The notes: a model not told the origin generated them from the sequence alone. Shown: positions 20,301 to 29,434, counted from the first letter of the stretch. The stretch is DNA of 64,000 nucleotides from an uncultured Lentimicrobium sp. (GCA_964503805.1 CAZDBX010000001.1:7456-71455), one strand, 5' to 3'. Made by a program: numbers and translations.

Positions 20301-20515
20301 GCGAGGTTTCACTGAGGTATCGTCTCCCGAAGAACATCTACAAAACCGCAACTGCTGGTATTTCGCTGTACGCAAGAAACATCCTGATCTGGTCTGCCCT
20401 TCGCAACATTGATCCGGAAACTTCACAGGGTAACACCAATATGGGAGGATCCTTTGAGAGGTTCTCTCTACCCCAGACCACCAGTTATGGCTTTACGATT
20501 GATGTAACGTTTTAA
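17321..20515 (+). CDS. SusC/RagA family TonB-dependent outer membrane transporter
   Basis: Signal peptide MRKFALM...AQ, CarboxypepD_reg-like N-domain, VVVTALG TonB box, plug motifs PLYVVDG and DINPADIESIEVLKG...LYGIRASNGVIIITTK, C-terminal Phe. Start at ATG 17321. Confidence 0.95.
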   Translation: MRKFALMLVLLIFAGVQVVLAQTTVTGTVTSSEDGKGIPGATVLVKGTTVGLTTDMSGQYKINVPASGRILQFSFVGMKTKEVTIGNQTVINVVLDPDIMDIEGVVVTALGISREKKSLGYAVQDVGAEDLTRTGNNSLLGALQGKVAGVEIKPSSGMPGASSQFQIRGARSFTGDNTPLYVVDGMPISSTPAYSTGNSVTGADISNRAIDINPADIESIEVLKGQAAGALYGIRASNGVIIITTKSGKNNKVGRPVVNFSHTSSFDQVSRTPDYQTTYAQGTGGAYNPTASMSWGPKINDLPNDPVRGGNVVNDLTNEWGLQEGKFYVPQLDQGGLNPWVTPQVFNNWDDYFQTGYTMANNISISQATNEGNFSLGFSNTEQTGIALNTGMTRYNVRANAERNLNKNFTTGFSANYSTVTIDKLSGANDGSLAGVLAAPSSYNLKGYPYHRPGEPTRQIYYRGGSFDNAYWVEHNNTFNENTNRFFGNAFINFKTELDATKSLNIRYQAGADTYTTHLQDIFGYGSRGNSRGVIDNYGTTNTIFNSLLTGAFDWNITEDFDFNFVLGNEINHENTKGYTESGQNFNFPGWNHIGNASVVTANESQWANRTVGVFGSMSLSWKSMIFLNATGRNDVVSTMPRDNRTFFYPSVGASFVATEMSALQEIDWLSFAKVRVSYAEVGQAGTYYENFFTSPAYGGGFWVGTPIQYPIGGISAYIPSDERYDPNLKPQNTKSTEFGIDLKFFNNRFGVDYTFSKQNVTDQIFPVPLAGSTGASTLVMNGGAVTTDAHEIVLYVTPIKTKDFTWDINLNYTKLTNMVDELAPGVESIFLGGFVTPQVRAGIGNTFPVIYGTSFVRDDNGNIVVVDNPGAWNHGFPQAGDPDVIGEVSPDFILNGTTTLSYKSLSLSTVFEWKQGGEMYSGSNGLLDLYGMSAVTEDRESTFIYPGVKPDGTPNDIVRGGPNDPRAVENLYANVLSNVDEYYIHENSFVKLREVSLRYRLPKNIYKTATAGISLYARNILIWSALRNIDPETSQGNTNMGGSFERFSLPQTTSYGFTIDVTF

Positions 20516-20533
20516 TCTAAAAAAAGGAAAACC

Positions 20534-21976
20534 ATGAGAAAGATAAAAAATGTCCTGATTCTCGGACTTCTCATCATTACAGCATTTTCTTGTTCAGAAG
20601 ATGTCATGGATGATATCAACAAAAATGTGAATGACCCAACCGATGTTGCATCAAATCTGATTATTACAGATGTTATGACAAGAACTGCTTTCAATATCAC
20701 AGGAAGTGATCTTGCCTTTTATGCAGCGGTTTACATTGAGCATAGCGTCGGAGTCTGGAACCAGAGCTACAACGCTGAAATCAGGTCGGGCGAGCCGGTA
20801 AGTGCCACCACCTACAACAACTCCTGGGATGCAATGTACAGAAATCTCGGCGACCTTAAGCTGATCATTGCAAAATGTTCAGAAGGCGGAGCAGAGGAAG
20901 GCAATTACCATACCCTGGGTATTGCGCAGGCGTTAAATGCTTACACCCTGGCCATACTCACTGATGTAATGGGCGATGTACCCTGGTCCGAAGCACTGCA
21001 ACCCGGCGTAGTATTTACACCTAATCTTGACAGTCAGGAAGCAATTTATGGTGAAATCATGCAGATGCTCGATGCAGCCATTGAAAATCTGCAGAAAGAA
21101 ACCGTTTTCCCCTCATTGGGCGCTCAGGACTTCATTTACGGAGGTAATGCAAGTAAATGGCTGAAATTTGCCTATGGCCTGAAAGCCCGTTATACCATGC
21201 GTCTATCACTCAGAAGCCCTGCATATGCTGATGTAATCACCTTTGCAAACCAATCGTTTTCTTCTGCTGGTGATGAATGTAAATTTGCTTACAATGCCGC
21301 AACAACCTTCAGCCCTTTCTACCGCTTCTTCACGGATCGTGACTATTTTGGAGCAAGCCAGAGTTTGGCTGACAAGCTCGCTGCCAGAAACGACCCAAGG
21401 GAAGCCATCTTCTGGGAAGCACATCCCGCTGCCGGAGGATTTGAACTCGCACCAAATGGTAGCCCTGTTCAGTCTCAGGGACGTTATGCCATTTCAGCGA
21501 TTTCGACACCCACCGCTCCGACTTTCCTGCTGAGTTATCATGAAATTGAATTCCTGAAAGCTGAAGCTTATGTAAGGCAGAATAACCTTGATGCCGCCAA
21601 AACAGCGCTCCTCAACGGGATCACAGCCGCCTTCCAGAAAGTCAATATTGGTTTAACCGCGGAAGAGGCTGAGACCTACTACAATGACGAAGTACTTCCG
21701 AAATTCAACGCGAATCCCCTGTCAGAAGTGATGAATCAGAAGTATATCGCGTTCTTTGAAGAAGAAGCCGTTGAAGCCTACAACGATTATCGTCGCCTCA
21801 AGGCAATGGGTGACAATGTGATTACACTTGCCAATCCATTGAACAACAGCCAGTTTCCTCTTCGCTTCACCTACGGCGCCAGTGATGTTACCACGAACGT
21901 GAATGTTCGTAACGCATACGGCGACGGAACATACATTTACTCTGAGAACGTATGGTGGGCAGGTGGTTCACGCTAA
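20534..21976 (+). CDS. SusD/RagB family outer membrane lipoprotein
   Basis: Lipobox FSC, NVNDP, TDVMGDVPWSEA, QKYIAF, EAYNDYRR, PLRFTY, terminal VWW; directly after the SusC gene. Confidence 0.93.
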   Translation: MRKIKNVLILGLLIITAFSCSEDVMDDINKNVNDPTDVASNLIITDVMTRTAFNITGSDLAFYAAVYIEHSVGVWNQSYNAEIRSGEPVSATTYNNSWDAMYRNLGDLKLIIAKCSEGGAEEGNYHTLGIAQALNAYTLAILTDVMGDVPWSEALQPGVVFTPNLDSQEAIYGEIMQMLDAAIENLQKETVFPSLGAQDFIYGGNASKWLKFAYGLKARYTMRLSLRSPAYADVITFANQSFSSAGDECKFAYNAATTFSPFYRFFTDRDYFGASQSLADKLAARNDPREAIFWEAHPAAGGFELAPNGSPVQSQGRYAISAISTPTAPTFLLSYHEIEFLKAEAYVRQNNLDAAKTALLNGITAAFQKVNIGLTAEEAETYYNDEVLPKFNANPLSEVMNQKYIAFFEEEAVEAYNDYRRLKAMGDNVITLANPLNNSQFPLRFTYGASDVTTNVNVRNAYGDGTYIYSENVWWAGGSR

Positions 21977-22005
21977 CATTTTAACAAACAAAAAATAGCT
22001 ATAAT

Positions 22006-22803
22006 ATGAAAACAACCAAGATATTAACATTTCTGGTAGCGATGGTTTTCGCCTTTACATCTTGCGAAACGGAGGTTGAAGATCCGGCAGGCGCAAGAGG
22101 TGTAGGCTTTGTGCCTTCGATTACAAACTTAAACCCGGCTGTGTTTGATGTGAACGATCCGTCAAATACCTTCATTCAGTTTGACCTGGATGCAGACCCG
22201 AATGTTGTAAGTGAAGTGAAACTGATTGTATCTTACAACGGTGACATGAAAAGGGTGGAAGTAAAAACTGTCAATACCTTCCCGCAAAACGTCAAAATCT
22301 TCATGCACGAAGCGGTTACTGCGCTTGGCATGTCGCTTGACGACGTCGGAGCAGGCGACAGCTTTACTTTTGAAGCCCTGACCATTCAGGGTGGCAAAAC
22401 CTACAGGTCAAGTGCTTCGTTCAACGCTGCCGTAGTTTGCGCCTATGATCCTGATAACGTGACCGGCACCTACCGGGCTGTAAGTGCTGACTGGGCCGTT
22501 GACGGCACTGTTACCCTGACGGCTGATCCTCAGGATCCGTACATCATATATGTGGCCGGCCTTGCCGGACTTGATGGTCTTACCGAAGATCAGGGTCCCC
22601 TCAAAATGGTTGTGAATCCGTTAGACTTTACAGTTACAGCTGAAAGAACCGTACTTGCATCCATCGCCTTCTCGTATACAAACATTGCCTATGAGGGATC
22701 CGGATTGCTCAATACCTGCAACGGTACTTACGAAATGCTGTACACCATTACAGTTGATCAGGGTTCATTCGGTGCATACGCATTTACCTTAACCAAACAA
22801 TAG
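22006..22803 (+). CDS. Accessory surface lipoprotein of the SusC/D locus
   Basis: Lipobox FTSC followed by acidic residues (ETEVED), beta-rich two-domain sequence, same operon as susCD. Confidence 0.75.
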   Translation: MKTTKILTFLVAMVFAFTSCETEVEDPAGARGVGFVPSITNLNPAVFDVNDPSNTFIQFDLDADPNVVSEVKLIVSYNGDMKRVEVKTVNTFPQNVKIFMHEAVTALGMSLDDVGAGDSFTFEALTIQGGKTYRSSASFNAAVVCAYDPDNVTGTYRAVSADWAVDGTVTLTADPQDPYIIYVAGLAGLDGLTEDQGPLKMVVNPLDFTVTAERTVLASIAFSYTNIAYEGSGLLNTCNGTYEMLYTITVDQGSFGAYAFTLTKQ

Positions 22804-22865
22804 GACTGATATTCATTCATTTAACACTGAATATCAGTATCAGTTTTGTTTGTTCATTATTGCAT

Positions 22866-22907
22866 GTTACCCCGGACAGGTTGTCGCCTTCCGGGGTAAC
22901 TTTTTTT
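22866..22907 (+). terminator. Intrinsic terminator of the susCD-lipoprotein operon
   Basis: GTTACCCCGGA...TCCGGGGTAAC stem plus T7. Confidence 0.85.
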
Positions 22908-22999
22908 AAGTATCCGTAAGCTATACGGATTGAATAAATCACGATGCAGTTCAGGCAAAAGCTAATTCAAAATCAGTGAAAAAATCGTCCGGTAGTTTT

Positions 23000-23030
23000 T
23001 TTGCATTACATTAAAGTATTTGTATTTTTG
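23000..23030 (+). promoter_or_regulatory. Bacteroidota housekeeping-sigma promoter for the MATE leader
   Basis: TTTG (23000-23003), 19-nt spacer, TATTTTTG (23023-23030); matches the TTTG-N19-21-TAnnTTTG consensus. Confidence 0.75.
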
Positions 23031-23054
23031 CAGCGCAAACCAATCAAACGTTTC

Positions 23055-23144
23055 ATGAAAATCACCCGTTCATACATTGCTCCCAACGCCTCCGCATTTG
23101 TGGCTGTGAGCCTTTATGGTCGGGATATCCGCGTACATTTGTAA
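23055..23144 (+). CDS. Putative 29-aa leader peptide MKITRSYIAPNASAFVAVSLYGRDIRVHL
   Basis: ATG 23055 to TAA 23144, between the promoter and a premature terminator; overlaps the predicted antiterminator strand. Confidence 0.55.
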   Translation: MKITRSYIAPNASAFVAVSLYGRDIRVHL

Positions 23145-23165
23145 ACAAAGCCTTTACCAATATAC

Positions 23166-23197
23166 GGCCCGGCCTCTGTCAGAGTCCGGGCTTTTTT
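23166..23197 (+). terminator. Premature (attenuator) terminator upstream of the MATE gene
   Basis: GCCCGG-c-CTCT-gtc-AGAG-t-CCGGGC hairpin plus T6, ending 22 nt before ATG 23220. Confidence 0.75.
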
Positions 23198-23219
23198 ATT
23201 ATCCAATAAATACTACTAT

Positions 23220-24671
23220 ATGCTTAAACAACTACTTTTACTTATGCAATCGGAAAAACAAGCAGGTTCACTGTTCAGGCTGAAACTAAGGGAATACGGT
23301 ACCCTGATCCGTGAATCGCTTGCCGGCAGCGAACAGGATTATACCAGTCTGCGGCTGGGTGAAGCCATTTTTTTACTGGCAGTTCCCATGGTCCTCGAAA
23401 TGGTGATGGAATCCGTTTTCGCCATTGCCGATATCTTTTTTGTTTCAAGGCTTGGTGCCGATGCAGTGGCTGCCGTTGGCCTCACCGAATCCATGATGAC
23501 ATTGGTTTACGCGCTTTCCGTAGGGTTCAGCGCGGGAACCACCGCGATCGTTTCCAGGCGTATCGGTGAAAAACATCCGGGCGAAGCATCCCGAGCAGCA
23601 GCCCAGGCCATACTGGCAGGGGTGTTTGTTGCAGTTATTCTGGCGCTTCCGGGCATTTTCTACTCGTACGAACTGCTCCGCCTGATGGGGGCCTCGCACG
23701 AACTGGCAGCCGCCAATCATGGTTATACCCGAATCATGTTTGCCGGCAATGTAGTTATCGTGTTGCTTTTTGTCATCAATGCCGCTTTCCGCAGCGCGGG
23801 GGATGCAGCCATTTCGATGCGCGTTCTGCTCGTGGCCAACGGGATAAACATTGTCCTGGACCCGCTGCTGATTTTCGGCTGGGGGCCTGTTCCCGACCTT
23901 GGTATTGAGGGGGCAGCCATAGCCACCAATATCGGAAGGGGATTGGCTGTCGCGTTTCAGTTTTATATTCTATTTAAAGGAAACAAAAGAATAAAACTTA
24001 GCCCGGCCCATTTTATCCCTGATTTCGGAATTATCGCATCACTTGTAAAATTATCCATCGGCGGCATATTGCAGAACATTATTGCAACCGCCAGCTGGAT
24101 CGTCATGGTGAGAATCGTATCCGCATTCGGAAGCGCGGCAGTGGCCGGCTATACCATCGCCATCAGGATCATCATATTTGCCCTTTTGCCTTCGTGGGGA
24201 TTGAGCAATGCGGCAGCTACCCTGGTCGGGCAGAATCTCGGTGCCGGCCGCCCCGACAGGGCCAGCCGGGCCGCCTGGATCACCGGATTCGCCAATATGG
24301 GCCTGCTGGGCCTGGTGTCGCTTGTTTTTATTATTTTCCCGGGGCATTTCATTCGGCTGTTTATTGAAGATCCTGCTGTTATTGATCTGGGCGTCAGTTG
24401 CCTGAGGATTGTCAGCGCAGGTTTTCTCTTCTATGCGATGGGCATGGTCATGGTTCAGTCGCTGAATGGCGCCGGCGATACCTACACCCCTACCCTGCTT
24501 AACTTTATCTGCTTCTGGCTGATAGAAATTCCGCTTTCATGGTATCTGGCCATGAAAATGGGACTTGAAAGCAAGGGGGTGTTTTATGCCATTGTAATCG
24601 CTGAAAGTACGCTGACCCTGCTGGGAATATATGTATTCAGCAAAGGAAGGTGGAAGCTGAAAAAGGTGTAG
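23220..24671 (+). CDS. MATE family efflux transporter
   Basis: LAVPMVLEMVMESVFAIADIFFVSRLG, FRSAGD, NIVLDPLLIFG, LGIEGAAIAT, LVGQNLGA; about 12 TM helices. Confidence 0.92.
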   Translation: MLKQLLLLMQSEKQAGSLFRLKLREYGTLIRESLAGSEQDYTSLRLGEAIFLLAVPMVLEMVMESVFAIADIFFVSRLGADAVAAVGLTESMMTLVYALSVGFSAGTTAIVSRRIGEKHPGEASRAAAQAILAGVFVAVILALPGIFYSYELLRLMGASHELAAANHGYTRIMFAGNVVIVLLFVINAAFRSAGDAAISMRVLLVANGINIVLDPLLIFGWGPVPDLGIEGAAIATNIGRGLAVAFQFYILFKGNKRIKLSPAHFIPDFGIIASLVKLSIGGILQNIIATASWIVMVRIVSAFGSAAVAGYTIAIRIIIFALLPSWGLSNAAATLVGQNLGAGRPDRASRAAWITGFANMGLLGLVSLVFIIFPGHFIRLFIEDPAVIDLGVSCLRIVSAGFLFYAMGMVMVQSLNGAGDTYTPTLLNFICFWLIEIPLSWYLAMKMGLESKGVFYAIVIAESTLTLLGIYVFSKGRWKLKKV

Positions 24672-24741
24672 ACTTTGTGAAGAAAACCGCTTCCCTGCCA
24701 TAAGCAGACAGCGGCATTTCATGACATAATGCGCCGGGATT

Positions 24742-24775
24742 AAAAAATGGGCTCCGAAACCGGAAGCCCATTTTT
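24742..24775. terminator. Bidirectional terminator between convergent MATE and rocD genes
   Basis: AAAAATGGGCT...AGCCCATTTTT inverted repeat. Confidence 0.75.
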
Positions 24776-24796
24776 GTTACTAACCAAAACTGTGTT

Positions 24797-26020
24797 TTAC
24801 TCAAAGAATAAGATTGACTTTTTGATTCTTTCAATGGCTCCGCGCAGTTCCTCCTCGGTGATAACCAGGGGAGGCGCAAAGCGGATGATATCGCCGTGGG
24901 TGGGTTTGGCCAGTACACCGTTCTCTTTCATCTTAACGCAGACATCCCATGCTTCTTTGCCATTTTTGGGCCGGATAACTACGGCATTGAGCAGTCCTTT
25001 ACCACGCACCAGGGCAATCATTTCCGATTTTACCGCTTTCAGTTCTTCGCGGAAAATATTACCAAGATATTCAGCGCGCTCAGCAAGTTTCTCATCGGTG
25101 ACAACCTTGAGGGCTTCCATGGCTACCTGCGCGGCTACGGGGTTTCCACCGAAGGTTGAACCATGTTCGCCGGGCTTGATACAAAGCATTATTTCATCGT
25201 CGGCCAGCACCGCAGAAACCGGATATACGCCTCCTGAAAGTGCTTTACCAAGAATAAGGATATCGGGACGGACATTCTCGTGGTCGCAGGCAAGCAGCTT
25301 GCCGGTGCGGGCAATACCCGTCTGAACCTCATCAGCGATAAAGAGCACATTTTTCTCCTTACACATGGCTGCAGCTTTTGCCAGATAGCCTTCATCCGGC
25401 ACAAATACGCCGGCTTCGCCCTGAATGGGTTCAACCAGGAATCCGGCAACGGTCTCATCTTTCAGTACTTCGGCAAGTGCATTCAGGTCATTATAGGGTA
25501 TTTTTATGAAACCCGGGGTAAACGGACCAAATCCGCCGTACGAGTCGGGATCGGTTGACATGGAAACAATGGTAATGGTCCTTCCGTGGAAATTACCTTC
25601 GCAAACAACAATCTTCGCCTGGTTCTCTGCAATCCCTTTTTTCTTGTAAGCCCATTTGCGGCAGAGCTTCAGGGCCGTTTCGTCGGCCTCTGCACCGGTG
25701 TTCATGGGCAATACCTTGTCGTAACCAAAATATTCAGTTACAAACTTCTCGTAAACACCCAGCGAATCATTGAAAAAAGCCCTTGAAGTCAGGGTCATTT
25801 TTGAAGCCTGATCGGTCAATGCTTTGATAATCCGGGGATGACAATGTCCCTGATTCACGGCTGAATAAGCCGAAAGAAAATCATAATATTCATTTCCTTC
25901 AACATCCCATACGCGGGCGCCCTGCCCTTTAGCCAGTACCACCGGCAGCGGATGATAATTGTGTGCACCGTACTTGTCTTCCAGTTGCATCAGTTTTTCA
26001 GATGACAAAACTTCATTCAT
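24797..26020 (-). CDS. rocD: Ornithine--oxo-acid transaminase
   Basis: [53 protein letters not shown] (PLP lysine), HGSTFGGNP. Start at ATG 26020 (MNEVLSSEK). Confidence 0.93.
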   Translation of the reverse strand: MNEVLSSEKLMQLEDKYGAHNYHPLPVVLAKGQGARVWDVEGNEYYDFLSAYSAVNQGHCHPRIIKALTDQASKMTLTSRAFFNDSLGVYEKFVTEYFGYDKVLPMNTGAEADETALKLCRKWAYKKKGIAENQAKIVVCEGNFHGRTITIVSMSTDPDSYGGFGPFTPGFIKIPYNDLNALAEVLKDETVAGFLVEPIQGEAGVFVPDEGYLAKAAAMCKEKNVLFIADEVQTGIARTGKLLACDHENVRPDILILGKALSGGVYPVSAVLADDEIMLCIKPGEHGSTFGGNPVAAQVAMEALKVVTDEKLAERAEYLGNIFREELKAVKSEMIALVRGKGLLNAVVIRPKNGKEAWDVCVKMKENGVLAKPTHGDIIRFAPPLVITEEELRGAIERIKKSILFFE

Positions 26021-26305
26021 GATATTGGATTTTATAGTGTAAAAAGTTGGTTGCCCGATTTTGGGGCAAAGATATGACTTTAAGTTTGCAGCCACCCAAA
26101 AGCCCTGAAATTTTGTTATTTATAATCTTCATTGTAAATTTTCCGGTGAGATTCTGCCATGTGGCCGATGGGGATAGTGTAAAAACGGCTTGAACGTTAA
26201 GTCAAAAAGTATTGTGTAAACCTTAACACCCTATTTATCATAAATATTTGTTAATTATTTTTATTTAGTCTAATTAATAATTAATTTTGAGTAATACTAA
26301 ATACG

Positions 26306-27367
26306 ATGCAAATGGAAAAGAAAAAAGTACGCATTCTTTCTATTGATGGAGGGGGTATCCGGGGGATTCTCCCGGGAGTGATCCTTACCTATATTGAAGA
26401 TCAGTTAAGAAAGCGGGAAGGCGATCATGTCCGGCTCAGCGATTACTTTGACCTTATGGCCGGGACCAGTACGGGCGGCATCCTGGCTTGTACTTATCTG
26501 ATCCCGGAAAAAGATGCGGAAGGTCGGACCACCGGCCGGCCGAAATTCACCGCCGGGGAAGCTGTTGATATCTATCTCAAAAAAGGGGGTAAAATATTTG
26601 ATATCAGTTTATTGCAGAAAATAAGAAGCAAAGGTGGCCTGACAGATGAAAAATACAGTGCCACTGAACTCGAAAAAGAGCTGAATGAATACTTCGGCAA
26701 TACCAGGCTCAGCGAGTTGCTGAAGCCATGCCTGATCACCTCCTATGACATAAAAGCCCGCCGGGCGCATTTTTTCAGCCAGGTAGATGCAAAGGTTAAA
26801 AACACCCACAACTACCCGGTAAAAGAGGTTGCCAGGGCGACCTCGGCAGCACCCACCTATTTCGAAACGGCGCTGGCCAACTCTGAGTATGGAATTGCCT
26901 ACCCGCTGATCGACGGGGGCGTTTTTGCCAATAATCCCGCCATGTGCGCCTATGCCGAGGCCAGGGGTATTGTATTTTCAGAAGTGCTCAACGACCCGCT
27001 GAAGCCCGACAGGCCCCATGCAAAAGACATGCTTATGATATCGCTCGGGACGGGTTCAGTGCGGAAAGCATATCCCTATGAAAAGGCGAAAGACTGGGGC
27101 ATGATTGAATGGATCAAACCGATCATCGACATCATGATGTCGGGCAATGCTGAAACGGTTAGCTATCAGCTCCGCAAAATATGGGAAACTACGGAAACCC
27201 CGGATAACTTCATCAGGCTTGAACCCGGGCTGGATGAAGCGAACAGCGACATGGACGACGCTTCCGAAAGCAACCTCTACGCGCTGCATCAGGCTGGCAA
27301 ACTGTTTGTAGAAGGGAATCTGGGCTTACTCGACAAGATGGTTGAGATGCTTATAGCCAACAAATGA
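26306..27367 (+). CDS. Patatin-like phospholipase
   Basis: LSIDGGGIRG, AGTSTGG (catalytic Ser), ATSAAPTYF, IDGGVFANNP (catalytic Asp), SLGTG. Confidence 0.9.
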   Translation: MQMEKKKVRILSIDGGGIRGILPGVILTYIEDQLRKREGDHVRLSDYFDLMAGTSTGGILACTYLIPEKDAEGRTTGRPKFTAGEAVDIYLKKGGKIFDISLLQKIRSKGGLTDEKYSATELEKELNEYFGNTRLSELLKPCLITSYDIKARRAHFFSQVDAKVKNTHNYPVKEVARATSAAPTYFETALANSEYGIAYPLIDGGVFANNPAMCAYAEARGIVFSEVLNDPLKPDRPHAKDMLMISLGTGSVRKAYPYEKAKDWGMIEWIKPIIDIMMSGNAETVSYQLRKIWETTETPDNFIRLEPGLDEANSDMDDASESNLYALHQAGKLFVEGNLGLLDKMVEMLIANK

Positions 27368-27534
27368 CCTTATAATCGTCTCAGGGTGATATCATTCAAC
27401 AATTCGTTTTTATTCAAGCCGCTTCTTCCGGGCGTGAATTTCTCCTAGGCTGGCCGGATCAGTGAATGAAGTTGGTTTTTGTTTGTACATTTGTACAGCA
27501 GCAAATTTGAGTTCAACGATCAACCCCTTTTCGA

Positions 27535-28098
27535 ATGAGAGGCATTTTATCCATGATTCCGGCAATTGTTCTATTGTCCGCCTGCGGCAACCCTCCGGAA
27601 GCAAATCAGCCGGAAGAACCGCAAATAGTTGAAATCAGTACAGATCTGGAGAACCCGGACTCTTTGCTGGCAGCGCAACCGTTGGCCTGGAAAAACGGAT
27701 CCACCCTCAGGGAAGGAACAGCCTTTTCAGGAAAATTCGCCAGTCACCTGGATGCTGAAAATGAATACAGTTTTGTATTTGAACAGAAACTGGGCTATAT
27801 TTCAACCCTGCTGCCGGTGCGGCTCACTTATGAAGCGCAGGTATATTCAGAGAAACCTGCACCGGGCGGGTATATGGTAGTATCCATTGACGACAAGGGA
27901 TACTATCAGAGCTATCCGATCGCCGACTTTTTTGCCAGGGGAGGTGACTGGAAAAAGGTAAGGTCAACATACGAACTTCCGGATTCTCTTGAACCTTCCG
28001 ACCTGATTAAAGTTTACATCTGGAACAACAGGGAATCTGAGTTGCTGGTTGATGACATCAGCCTGCAATTTGAGCTTAACCCTGAAAAAAAGCAGTAG
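27535..28098 (+). CDS. Lipoprotein with a beta-sandwich/carbohydrate-binding-like domain, function unknown
   Basis: Lipobox LSAC; AFSGKFAS...EYS...WKKV...IKVYIWN...VDDISL pattern suggests a jelly-roll fold. Confidence 0.6.
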   Translation: MRGILSMIPAIVLLSACGNPPEANQPEEPQIVEISTDLENPDSLLAAQPLAWKNGSTLREGTAFSGKFASHLDAENEYSFVFEQKLGYISTLLPVRLTYEAQVYSEKPAPGGYMVVSIDDKGYYQSYPIADFFARGGDWKKVRSTYELPDSLEPSDLIKVYIWNNRESELLVDDISLQFELNPEKKQ

Positions 28099-28104
28099 TG
28101 CCGG

Positions 28105-28521
28105 CTATTCCTGTCCGGTATAGCTGGTGCTTTCGAACCCTTCCGGAACCTGGTCGCTGTTGTATTTCGACGGACATTTCAGGTTCATCTTATGGGCAGC
28201 GAAGTACCCGTCTTTCATCTTACCGATTACGACCAGCTGATCCAGCTTTTCAAAATCCTGAGGCTTGGTGTCACTGTATTTCACCAGCATCTCCTTGCCT
28301 TCGTTATCAAGCATGTAGAAAGAAAAACTGTTGGCATCTTTCAGGGCATCATATTCCAGTGGCCGGTCGGGACTGAGCGTACCGATCACATGATATTCCC
28401 TGCCAGGATGTTCTCCGGCTTCCGAAAAACCAGCATAGGTAGATGAATTCATCGACAGGCTCATCACCACACCGATGGCTGCAACCACTACAATAAGCGC
28501 AAGAATGTGTATCTTTTTCAT
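28105..28521 (-). CDS. ccmE: Cytochrome c maturation heme chaperone CcmE (CxxxY type)
   Basis: N-terminal TM, OB-fold segment KPQDF...VVIG, LKCPSKY motif. Own -7 element TATCTTTG on the minus strand at 28568-28575. Confidence 0.85.
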   Translation of the reverse strand: MKKIHILALIVVVAAIGVVMSLSMNSSTYAGFSEAGEHPGREYHVIGTLSPDRPLEYDALKDANSFSFYMLDNEGKEMLVKYSDTKPQDFEKLDQLVVIGKMKDGYFAAHKMNLKCPSKYNSDQVPEGFESTSYTGQE

Positions 28522-28608
28522 CTGTAAAGAGTTCGTTTCAAAATTGCATTTTGAAGAATGATCTGTACAAAGATAATTAAAATCTAATCAGGTAAATCAA
28601 TACCTGAA

Positions 28609-28761
28609 TTATTTATCATTATTCTTTGACTCCCTGAATTCCTTCAGCTTTTTCTCAATACGGGAGAGTTTACGATCTATCAGGAACAGGTAAGTTCCCA
28701 GTCCGGTAAAAATGATGGACATTACAATGACCACCACAAAAAATTTATCACTTCCTTCCAT
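28609..28761 (-). CDS. ccmD: CcmD-like small membrane protein (50 aa, below the ORF-track cutoff)
   Basis: MEGSDKFFVVVIVMSIIFTGLGTYLFLIDRKLSRIEKKLKEFRESKNNDK: one TM helix plus a basic tail, between ccmC and ccmE. Confidence 0.75.
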   Translation of the reverse strand: MEGSDKFFVVVIVMSIIFTGLGTYLFLIDRKLSRIEKKLKEFRESKNNDK

Positions 28762-28774
28762 AAGCTATGTTGTA

Positions 28775-29434
28775 TTAATGAATTCCCTGAATCAGCGCAC
28801 GCCTGCGGGTATGGAGCTGAAGCAGCCAGAATGCGATCAGTATCCACCCGAGGGCAGCAGGATAAAAAACCATGCGCATGGTCATATCCAGCCCTTCCAT
28901 GGTCGAGGTGTTCCCCCCTTTGCCGGGGTGAAGGCTGCTGTCGGCCAGTCTTGGAAGCACGCCCAGAAAAATGACGAGCAGCATAAAAGCGAAAATATTG
29001 TAAACGGCTGAAATTCTTGCGCGCATGGCAACCTCATCAATGGAGCCTCTCAGCACCGTATAGGCAAGGTATGCCATCATGCTGACCGCAGCTCCGTTCA
29101 GTTGGGGGTCGTTGGTCCAGAAATCGCCCCAGGTAAATTTTGCCCATATCATTCCGGTCATCAGCCCCATCAGGCCGAAGAAAATTCCGGTATAAACAGC
29201 ACCCGAGGCCATCAGGTCGTCCTTCATCCTGTAACCGGAGAGATATCTTATACTGAATACCAGTGAAGTTCCCAGCATAACAAACATGGCAAACCACATG
29301 CTTACATGATAAAACAGATTCCTGATGGTCTGGTGAATGACGGGCAAAGTGGGAACGTCAATCAATAATCCGGCAATAATGGAATAGAGCACCAGTGCCA
29401 AGCCGAGAAATTTCCACCACATGCTTTTTATCAT
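28775..29434 (-). CDS. ccmC: Heme exporter/handling protein CcmC
   Basis: FYHVSM, WWD-type motif GMIWAKFTWGDFWTNDPQL, SLHP; position between ccmB and ccmD. Confidence 0.85.
   Translation of the reverse strand: MIKSMWWKFLGLALVLYSIIAGLLIDVPTLPVIHQTIRNLFYHVSMWFAMFVMLGTSLVFSIRYLSGYRMKDDLMASGAVYTGIFFGLMGLMTGMIWAKFTWGDFWTNDPQLNGAAVSMMAYLAYTVLRGSIDEVAMRARISAVYNIFAFMLLVIFLGVLPRLADSSLHPGKGGNTSTMEGLDMTMRMVFYPAALGWILIAFWLLQLHTRRRALIQGIH

Noticed and set aside
26306-27367. Patatin as part of a CBASS operon
   Set aside because: No CD-NTase, Cap2/Cap3 or other defence gene adjacent; the neighbours are rocD and a lipoprotein.
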